A stretch of DNA of 62,276 nucleotides, from the NCBI GenBank assembly GCA_002498455.1, contig DAHO01000052.1, positions 25,527 through 87,802 on the forward strand. Direction: 5' to 3'. Every line of letters begins with the position of its first letter. Positions within the stretch are counted from its first letter, which is position 1. This document shows, piece after piece, positions 18,701 through 22,708 of the stretch. Below the pieces are notes generated by a model. The model was not told the DNA's origin and did not search any database. It saw only the letters and a program-made list of their open reading frames with translations. The position numbers and the translations under genes were made by a program. This DNA is from Euryarchaeota archaeon UBA602 (GTDB lineage Archaea > Thermoplasmatota > Poseidoniia > Poseidoniales > Thalassarchaeaceae).

Positions 18701-18719
18701 AGCTCCACCAACGGCTTAA
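9708..18719 (+). CDS. giant (3003 aa) surface protein: TSP3-like Ca-binding repeats, transglutaminase-like core, Ig-like repeat array, TM and DUF4129-like tail
   Basis: A single uninterrupted ORF with an N-terminal signal/anchor (AVGLTLLMIFSSLAALQFA). Domain evidence is given in the sub-features below. Antisense ORFs inside it are low-complexity. Confidence 0.85.
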   Translation: MPTNVSSSSVAAGLTLRTQKYRAVGLTLLMIFSSLAALQFASWEAAASTDQDGDGLTLGLEFLLNTQPTDWDSDNDGLPDGWEYQYGLDPLDASSLGNDGAAGDPDGDGLTNLQEYTYLEPSTWDLSSTPSVLDNGVWWNGTVPVRNWDEETAMQATQGQGSDGTDEDPMGDMCNDNIDNDYDGLVDSQDPDNDGDSNCGSDDDDGDGDIDEDPDGWDTDNDGMSDGWEVANGLNATSPSNADGMFGDPDGDGLVNIYEYMNPSWDTSNNGVDYFQPGPANSGRTETISPCNPVLAIGPGGCTTLTAEVDGVFTTNPLIADTDGDGLNDSHEALVLLTDPTDVDTDSDGIDDGVEVNGLYGNPAQASDPRDNNTDDDLLDDGDEDKNGNGQIDANETDPTRREDAGDFDNDGIENWEENLSCTLWNVFDSDFGGVGDGDERNWSHGTDPCDSFIDFSSLISSYDPALQRLTLANASGFNPNGGTGYYNDSSGQHTSFAYSSIQSNILLGVALPPPTGTTDAVSKNGSWCHYDAINTGTIGSTQRHCDDDFEDTDGDGLADWQELMGTFGFTSLPTLVDSDGDGVDDYDEVMGGTDPMEPCHNNLDSDGDLLNNYFENNTGCPVSFIPGIIGNGTVDTYVTNYLVPDTDAGGVWDGQEYIDGTNPQNNPSDDQNPIDTDGDGIPDSVENITGTDWRDPDTDGGGMIDGEECPPPLWVFNCIGGNFDPWNPNDDVIQNEIVFYANNTTFGVDATLDRYWRVHTYDAYTGAAYGKNASNQIWTPVAQGFGNEQWIANSTFRNSTESWSLEFVNPVESANVPYPYATTGIMGWADTLANLSHGNITHDIKVEDAGLVGMFVDAPEIWYDTSELDLSIPYAGAGTYALDVPSEFNDPSHPYSEVFNITNAVINDAGAVSAYDKAVAIQEFLLNGNGTTEYLRNYDGSGLPIGEDLTFHLVVAAKEGRCTEFSTAFTTMLRLAGLPARKVTGYHGGYWNGQGYTVAGVHSDSWSEVHLQTNPAGNSLDMGWIPLDPCPAAAPTQVVNETWEPLTVHRNLSTGNIWLNGTLEFTDNNTAIENHTVRLYLMPPAIANINPSLGATGARQLGETITGSLGNFSLRGVPAEIIEPGYGSLVVEVTQGGYVELSYKTFSWTINVTDTLNITQDTPSLPGEPIVGAGTTTLVSGNVRWESIPFLDPSDVGSLILFMNYTSSVDGAVSMQTTVGEDGYYEFNVTLDENENIGLLPAVIEFPGWHVDGLHLVSPPTYHALPSTYNLNFNISAAPNLTATLEGPGANDSLLPVDENLFINGTVLSRGVSVVPMEGTLWLQMRMNGSSGPMENITSWVLNSSTWSSSPGNFSLVWNFSVANAQMLDPGYLDVELLFIPDVLGASDIAGLQEESTNTGLNYGLQTIVNIEYNIGPLERGVDTTSVIGLTDHRGNYVLPANGTYLSTFNGQLIATNNSVDAESGSLIIDWVPDPSTPVGDYVWYTNYTSSTQWYKDATSQGDVRVTGLILISSTLASDWVHIGSTTYITGDMRDDLTNNIITGNQTTLIFEFEIPGVGPPDPMGNPPPPTLIPIGSVPVNSTTGLYNFSFTMPTNMPGGIWDISVSADFAAGAPPGGAYYNLEEPYTFEIGTESESTLLVNNSNLLVEVSNDLVIEVDVKDIAAFYSEAPLGLEDMQNISQAGVEFFWDANGANTSLGTFATNSDGRVTLTWTVPLQQEPGYYDVWMVMYDDQSDTLSTNNGARYTGNDTMANVTVQVISSVVFDPSTPTTVVAGTNFQLTGVVQDSVNSSRPFSGPVRVDVFWLDEPDELLASGFTTAVNGTFNLSVNSDPELDGITSGNHTLVVSVIEGSNPFYLTATGTHDILVMGVTDFEQTYPLSGIVVNRGDSVTFGGKLVETTDFGCDTCNGAPRVLNFTTVSSQFHDTWLAETATDVNGSVEFTYNIPTTQPLGPITITLHYNGTWNLLPDASPINTVTVRSITVLVVDTITDNPIAGGGFNVTGTLVSDNGSAIITRDGTPMLPTLTFDIDGFTNTFTVANGTAQGNGSWWAWVTLDADFPRGTHLITAEYTPTVNFYEFSTANNTFDSRGYSVLTITSPLDLNLEDRTVRGDNFTLNISLVDNAGNPIANETVSIDPVGMNTPLTVTTDANGFGTVEIQVLNTTVPGPHTILANYAGLNGTTGVIGDATSTRIVILAPTVLTIDSIEGELIAGQTLIVNGTLLDEWGMPLLDTEGNASGGVIHLIIDGNNVGSTWATISNGSTGEYSLVYTLPQDTEAGGHALEVRFLGGYLWVDPVGAGDSVNPEYYLGSTASAEFNVTQPTSVEIVAGGGEIDREQLISLSGILVDSVDRPVANMTISIYLDGVFLTNVTSNENGTFDVFYPVPADMTLGPVTMDVEYAGATFYLPSSSSIDWQVFSSVNIEITPPEAVAIGDTVAFTGTVRDNLPAGWVAGHNVDVRINGMLIGNATTDENGIWILNWTIPTNMELGSHDIEVYAPEQGWYRSGVANQTLSVAHHSAISLSANGGDATRGFDWFISGRLYDSDVVGLPGIANVEVQVALDGASIATLTTDENGNFTLSIPVDMSSTRGDHLVTVLYPGDSSWLGSENEVTVTTWADVDVQITFVSDNSIRSDSTHPVRIEGRVDEVGGNGNTLSNLSLVLMDGNTSLPTSNLVWDNLTGGFVIEFTADRFMNPGEITLILTSEQDNLRYLNSGNTTAELFLRVRATFEINPETITVAWDSHSINGTVTVRDLFSSQVIPGVAIEAHLQNQSEIEPFEMFLAGYTDEGGVWSFEFSVPEALPPLSDQDYWGTLYLQFNSSSVELSEDSRDNLARDIYMLEYESQSEAADSVSNWVYAVVLALVIAAGAGAWVLYTRRREAIDELAEIFSYTAELLAAGDAIREAIFHCYEELCGVLMAHGHLRRDFETVREFEMAIRKAMPTISDEALTALDNMFEIARYSRQELGESHRSQAAAALQRAIAEIENAVQMPATAAPPTA
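9849..11830 (+). other. thrombospondin-type-3-like Asp-rich repeat region of the giant protein
   Basis: DxDxDGxxDxxE units recur: DQDGDGLTLGLE, DSDNDGLPDGWEYQYGLDPLD, GDPDGDGLTNLQEY, DTDNDGMSDGWE, DTDGDGLNDSHE, DSDGDGVDDYDE, DTDGDGIPDSVE. Confidence 0.75.
12570..12800 (+). other. transglutaminase-like cysteine-protease core within the giant protein
   Basis: It shows EGRCTEFSTAFTTMLRLAGLPARKVTGY (Cys at aa 963), then HSDSWSEVH and GWIPLDP. This is the classical Cys-His-Asp arrangement of the transglutaminase-like superfamily. Confidence 0.75.
12855..18200 (+). other. array of about 100-aa Ig-like modules
   Basis: The motif D/N-x-(N/D)-G-x-[FWY]-x-[FL]-x-[YW]-x-[IVL]-P...G-x-H/Y-x-[ILV] recurs. 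Examples: DENGIWILNWTIPTNMELGSHDIEV, DENGNFTLSIPVDMSSTRGDHLVTV, NENGTFDVFYPVPADMTLGPVTMDV, DANGFGTVEIQVLNTTVPGPHTILA, DVNGSVEFTYNIPTTQPLGPITITL, NSDGRVTLTWTVPLQQEPGYYDVWM. Confidence 0.7.
18279..18716 (+). other. C-terminal TM helix plus DUF4129-like cytoplasmic tail
   Basis: The TM WVYAVVLALVIAAGAGAWVLY is followed by AIREAIFHCYEELCGVL...FETVREFEMAIRKAM...LDNMFEIARYSRQEL. The TxREF and ARYS pattern is typical of DUF4129, which commonly follows transglutaminase-like domains. Confidence 0.6.
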
Positions 18720-19222
18720 CGGTCCTGATTGAATTCCAGAATCAGGCTGTTGCCCCGCCACCCGGCTTGGGCCAGTTGACTCCCCGCAGGTAGTGTGAAT
18801 GTTCGCGATAGTTTGGATCCGTCAACTCCCTCAGCTTGCAGTTTCAGAGCGGTGATTTCACCATCGATTGCCATTTCCAATTGAACGTGATCTTGAATGG
18901 CACCTTGTAACGGTAGGACGAGCGAATCACCTTCTCGAAAGCCCCCAAGTGTTGCAATTGCAGTGTCGGCCGTTTGCAGGTTCGATATTGCTGAGAAATG
19001 TGCTTCAACCTCTCCACCCGCGGTCGCAAGAAGTGACGCATGAGCATTTTGCGTTTCCTGTAAATGTGGTAAATCGGTTAGAAAAGCCTCATGCAAATTC
19101 GATGGACTCGCTGAAAGCCCTGCAAGAATGGGCTCAGGCTTGGCTTTCTCACCCTGGTCGGGAATGCTGACCAATTCAACGTTAGTCCAATCCATGTCCT
19201 CTCCCCACTCACTCCGCATCAT
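18716..19222 (-). CDS. hypothetical protein with a weak Hsp20/alpha-crystallin-like C-terminus
   Basis: This 168-aa ORF starts ATGATG and lies 27 nt downstream of the XPD stop on the same strand. The C-terminus (HVQLEMAIDGEITALKLQAEG...SRTFTLPAGSQLAQAGWRGNSLILEF) resembles the ACD beta-sandwich pattern. The functional call is weak. Confidence 0.5.
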   Translation of the reverse strand: MMRSEWGEDMDWTNVELVSIPDQGEKAKPEPILAGLSASPSNLHEAFLTDLPHLQETQNAHASLLATAGGEVEAHFSAISNLQTADTAIATLGGFREGDSLVLPLQGAIQDHVQLEMAIDGEITALKLQAEGVDGSKLSRTFTLPAGSQLAQAGWRGNSLILEFNQDR

Positions 19223-19249
19223 TGGGTGTCCTTGAACCCATCCATGGGC

Positions 19250-21241
19250 CTAATCCCCCTTTGCGGGTTCCGGATGACGTTGAAAGAATCGTTTGGCCAT
19301 ACGTGATGTCCGTTTTGCATCGTCTGCTGTGAACGTCTGCATGGTTGGGGGCAAACAAGAACGATATTGTCCTGATAACAACCGGTTGTCCAACAGTAGA
19401 ATGAACGCCCGATCCTCGGCCTTGCGGATGGCGCGGCCAATCCCTTGCAATACACTGTTTACTGCGGGTTGTAAAACTCCGTACTTCCATCCATTCCCAC
19501 GCCCATGTTTGTTGTCAATATACTCGCGTAATGCAGTTTGTGGCACCGTTTGTGGGGCAATCGGTATCCCCACGCAAATGACTGCATCCAGAATGTTTCC
19601 TGAATAGTCGACCCCTTCTGCAAGTCGTCCACCAAAAACACCTGCAAGGATGACCTTTGTACCTCCATCTCGAGCATTGTACAGGTTGCTGATATTTTTG
19701 TCAACAACCCGTTTGGACCAATTTTTCTCTTCGACAGCCAATCTTCGACCTGGCCAATATCCATCGACGACGACCTCTTCCAGCATTCGGTAGGATTGAC
19801 AAAATATAGCGACATGACCCGGTGTTTGCTGCAATATGGCTTGAATATGGTCGCGTATTTTCCTTGTGTTCGCCTCACCTCTTGCAGTGTATTTTGAAGT
19901 CACATCCGAGGCGATCATGACTGGCCTTCGGTCGGCCATAAATGGAGAAGGGTAGGATTCCGCGACAATAGGTCGGTTAGGGGGTACTCCCAAAGTATCG
20001 GCGTACATTTCTGGTGGCGTCAGGGTTCCTGACATCAGAATCCCTCCCTGGACTGTATCCATTACCGGGTAGCTGACGATACCTGGGTCGAGTAAGTGTG
20101 TGGTTACACGATGTTCATTGGCTTGGGAATTGAAGACTACACAGAGTGCCGGTGATTGCTCATATCGTTCCAAAACAGCAAGAAAATTCGCCAGACGGTG
20201 GGCATCGAGTTCGTCATCATCACCCTCTTCGGCATCAACCTCAACCGAGAGTAGAATGCCAATGGTGGTTTGGACATCCAAATCTTCCTTGCTCAATTCC
20301 TGCCTCAACATTGATAGAACTTTACCAGCATCGATTTTTTCTTCAATGGCATCACCGATATCTCCTGATTTTGCATTCGAATCCCGTAGACTTCGCGTCC
20401 ATGTGGAAAAACGCCCTTTGTATCGCTCAAGTGCCTTTTCACAAAGCCTCGCGCGGGCAATACTTTCTGAAAAAACAGCACTCTCCCCTCGGCTTTTTTC
20501 ATGGGTCTCACAATACTCTTGCAAGTTGAATATTGCATCGCGAATCATTTTGAAGTTCAAGTTGAGATTCAAACTACGCCGAATTCTGTTCGGTAAATTG
20601 TGTGCTTCATCGACGACGATGATGCTATTTTCAAGTTCGATCCCCATCGATGGAAGAGAAGCTTTACGCACACTTTCCAGAAACACGTGATTGTAATCAC
20701 AGACCAAAATGTCTGCATCCGTTGCGGCTTGACGAGCCGCGGCCCAAGCACATATCCTGCGTTTTGAAGCAAATTCGATCGAGAAATCAACATGTTGAGG
20801 GTGACTGAGGATTTCTTGGACCAAAGCAAACCTCCTGTTGTGGCGTTCGCTATCGGGAATGCCTTGTTCACAGGAACATTTGCCAGTCGCCCGGTCTACG
20901 TATTCGCACATCGATTCTCGACCAATCATATCGACCAGTGTTACGGGCGTTTCATCTTCCGACAATCGCGCGTTGATATTTCGTACGGTCTCAACCACAA
21001 TCTTGTGCTGTGATTGGCGACCAGTCATGAAAAGGACATGTTGACCAGGATTCTGTCTTGAGACGGTTAATGCCGCGGAGAGTGATGCTGCAGTCTTTCC
21101 AATTCCCGTGGGTGCATTGGCAAACAAGAATCCACCCTTCGAAACCGCTTCCAAGCCGTCATTGATCATGTCAACTTGGCTCTCGCGGAGTGCCTCATGC
21201 GCTAGAAATCGCGCCCCGGTGACAGAATGCTCCGCAGTCAT
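19250..21241 (-). CDS. xpd: XPD/Rad3-family (DinG-like) Fe-S DNA helicase
   Basis: This 663-aa ORF has Walker A ANAPTGIGKTAASL and a DEAH box VVDEAHNL. Four Cys lie between them (MCEY...GKCSCEQ...RICAW), consistent with the XPD 4Fe-4S domain. Helicase motifs V/VI are near the C-terminus (QGIGRAIRKAEDRA). Confidence 0.85.
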   Translation of the reverse strand: MTAEHSVTGARFLAHEALRESQVDMINDGLEAVSKGGFLFANAPTGIGKTAASLSAALTVSRQNPGQHVLFMTGRQSQHKIVVETVRNINARLSEDETPVTLVDMIGRESMCEYVDRATGKCSCEQGIPDSERHNRRFALVQEILSHPQHVDFSIEFASKRRICAWAAARQAATDADILVCDYNHVFLESVRKASLPSMGIELENSIIVVDEAHNLPNRIRRSLNLNLNFKMIRDAIFNLQEYCETHEKSRGESAVFSESIARARLCEKALERYKGRFSTWTRSLRDSNAKSGDIGDAIEEKIDAGKVLSMLRQELSKEDLDVQTTIGILLSVEVDAEEGDDDELDAHRLANFLAVLERYEQSPALCVVFNSQANEHRVTTHLLDPGIVSYPVMDTVQGGILMSGTLTPPEMYADTLGVPPNRPIVAESYPSPFMADRRPVMIASDVTSKYTARGEANTRKIRDHIQAILQQTPGHVAIFCQSYRMLEEVVVDGYWPGRRLAVEEKNWSKRVVDKNISNLYNARDGGTKVILAGVFGGRLAEGVDYSGNILDAVICVGIPIAPQTVPQTALREYIDNKHGRGNGWKYGVLQPAVNSVLQGIGRAIRKAEDRAFILLLDNRLLSGQYRSCLPPTMQTFTADDAKRTSRMAKRFFQRHPEPAKGD

Positions 21242-21326
21242 GGAACCCGTCCTGTGGCTCGGCCCCCCTTGAAGATTACACCCTCGGAGTTCGAAACGAG
21301 GTCTCTAGTTGGCAGATTGGGGGGTT

Positions 21327-21406
21327 CCCCGCCCGAGGGCGGGGAGGGGGGTGACGAGTGTCCTATGCATTCGTCGAGGAAGGGGGTCCCCCGCCGAAGC
21401 GAGGGG
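21327..21406. other. two GC-rich hairpins between the RHH gene and the XPD start
   Basis: The first is 21327..21344, CCCCGCCC-GA-GGGCGGGG, flanked by G6 runs. The second is 21388..21406, CCCCCGC-CGAA-GCGAGGGGG, with a 1-nt bulge. Composition contrasts sharply with the surrounding sequence. Confidence 0.5.
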
Positions 21407-21444
21407 GGGTGTGGTTTGAAGCTGATTTGGCTCGAAGGCGAAGT

Positions 21445-21497
21445 GAAGAAAACCCATTCCAATGGGAAGTTGCGGGGGGGTTTTCACGCCCCCCCGC
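21445..21497 (-). terminator. tandem hairpins plus T-tract downstream of the RHH gene (minus-strand sense)
   Basis: On the minus strand, a 9-bp G/C stem (21472..21497, GCGGGGGGG/CCCCCCCGC) comes first. It is followed by CCCATT-GG-AATGGG (21453..21466) and then TTTTCTTC. The block starts 60 nt after the RHH stop. Confidence 0.4.
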
Positions 21498-21556
21498 GGT
21501 GTGCATCCCATCATTGTACGTTGCCACGTCTCTCCGCCCCTGGTTGGTGCTTCTGC

Positions 21557-21949
21557 TTACGCAGTGTGATCCTCATGTGGTTGCGTTCGTTCACGCATCT
21601 CTGCGACACGTGCTTCAAGCAGTGTCGTGAGTGTCTCTGTATCTGCGAGTGTCTGACGCAGGTAGAGTTCCAAGCCCTGCCGGGCTGCTTCTGAATGAGA
21701 AATACCACGCAATTCGTAGAGTTGCTCAAGCTGATATCGAGTTTCAGTCCCGATGTCAAACTTGACTGTACGTACGTGCGCGTTGCTGGGTGTCGCATCA
21801 AGGAAGAACTGCACGGCTGCGCGAATGACATCGGATCGATTTCGAAAACCATCGAATCCGATTCTCTGGTCGAGTAGCATCAGGTGCTCTTCGGGAATTC
21901 TTAGGCTGGTCATCTGGCTGGCAGGCATCGGGCTCACTCCTCGGCTCAT
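21557..21949 (-). CDS. ribbon-helix-helix (CopG/Arc-type) DNA-binding protein with two tandem RHH motifs
   Basis: The first motif is TSLRIPEEHLMLLDQRIGFDGFRNRSDVIRAAVQFFL (strand-helix-helix). The second is RTVKFDIGTETRYQLEQLYELRGISHSEAARQGLELYL. In-frame ATGs exist at 21949, 21928 and 21913, so the start is uncertain. Confidence 0.7.
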   Translation of the reverse strand: MSRGVSPMPASQMTSLRIPEEHLMLLDQRIGFDGFRNRSDVIRAAVQFFLDATPSNAHVRTVKFDIGTETRYQLEQLYELRGISHSEAARQGLELYLRQTLADTETLTTLLEARVAEMRERTQPHEDHTA

Positions 21950-21979
21950 CTGTTCGTCAGACTAACCAGCATATGAATG

Positions 21980-22035
21980 TATTGCATAATGAAATACAAA
22001 CGTATTACAAATTAGATGTTGGCGTGTATGCAATA
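21980..22035. promoter_or_regulatory. inverted repeat TATTGCATA / TATGCAATA in the RHH promoter region (candidate operator)
   Basis: 21980..21988 (TATTGCATA) is the exact reverse complement of 22027..22035 (TATGCAATA). Additional (T)GTAT-containing half-site-like words (cgtattaca, ttgtatcct, ttgtatcac) occur up to 22110. The region lies in the AT-rich divergent intergenic between the RHH gene (-) and the 22159 gene (+). Confidence 0.3.
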
Positions 22036-22158
22036 AACACAACTCAGTCTACGCTTTAGGCGAATTTTTTCGCGATATTGTATCCTAGAATGTGATTTTT
22101 TGTATCACACGCCGTAGTACACAAATCGTAGCCCTAGATTAACGAAATCTCATGCTGA

Positions 22159-22650
22159 ATGGATTTGGCTTATACACACGAACCCTGTCCAACAGTCATG
22201 GCGCTCCCCGAAAGCCGTGGTCTCCACCTTTACCTGCGCACCCTCGAGGCTGCAGTCGAAGACGATATCGTGACTGATGATGAAATGTCGATCCTTTCCG
22301 TTATCGCTCGAGCTTTTGCCTTGCCAGGCGATATTATGGGTGAAGCATGGGAAGTTCTCAGGGATGAAGTTGAGACACCCATTAACGCATCCAATGTAAG
22401 TGAATACGAGATGCGACAGATGGGCGACGCGACGACTTACCAAACCGCATTGATTGCTGCATTGGTTGATGAGGTGATCACAGAAGATGAATGGAGCATG
22501 CTCGAAGTCATGCGGAGGGTCATGGGCATTCAACCGGATGAACATGCCTTGATTGAAGAAGCCGTACGAGCAATGGCACACAATGTAGAGGACGGAGAAT
22601 CCTTTGTCAACCGCCTCAACCGATATGTCACCTTGCATCCATATCACTAA
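22159..22650 (+). CDS. acidic helical protein with an internal duplication (TerB-like repeat pattern)
   Basis: This 163-aa ORF contains two about 45-aa repeats: LRTLEAAVEDDIVTDDEMSILSVIARAFALPGD and QTALIAALVDEVITEDEWSMLEVMRRVMGIQPD. The antisense 180-aa ORF is Cys/His/Phe-rich and was rejected. Confidence 0.6.
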   Translation: MDLAYTHEPCPTVMALPESRGLHLYLRTLEAAVEDDIVTDDEMSILSVIARAFALPGDIMGEAWEVLRDEVETPINASNVSEYEMRQMGDATTYQTALIAALVDEVITEDEWSMLEVMRRVMGIQPDEHALIEEAVRAMAHNVEDGESFVNRLNRYVTLHPYH

Positions 22651-22651
22651 C

Positions 22652-22670
22652 CGCATCCCTATAGGATGCG
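22652..22670 (+). terminator. terminator-like hairpin
   Basis: CGCATCC-CTATA-GGATGCG forms a 7-bp stem starting 2 nt after the stop at 22650. Confidence 0.45.
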
Positions 22671-22708
22671 TCGTAACACTCTTGACGTGCAAGTGACGTC
22701 ATAGGCAC

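Noticed and set aside
21241-21556. The possibility that the 316-nt GC-rich gap encodes SRP (7S) RNA or RNase P RNA; the length would fit.
   Set aside because: Neither strand has the SRP helix-8 GGAAG..AGCA-type motif. Neither has the RNase P GAGGAAAGUCC / ACAGAA conserved regions; the nearest match is only gaggaagggggtcc. Covariance-model scanning is still recommended.
21227-21694. Plus-strand 155-aa ORF and the minus-strand ORFs 21238..21462 and 21305..21514 spanning the GC-rich intergenic block.
   Set aside because: Their Gly/Pro/Arg-rich translations are a by-product of the G- and C-runs forming the hairpins. They overlap one another and the ends of the RHH and XPD genes, and show no protein-like features.
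22150-22692. A 180-aa minus-strand ORF fully overlapping the 22159..22650 gene.
   Set aside because: Its Cys/His/Phe-rich composition is typical of the antisense of an acidic gene. The plus-strand ORF has a clear internal repeat, a terminator hairpin and a sensible promoter region.
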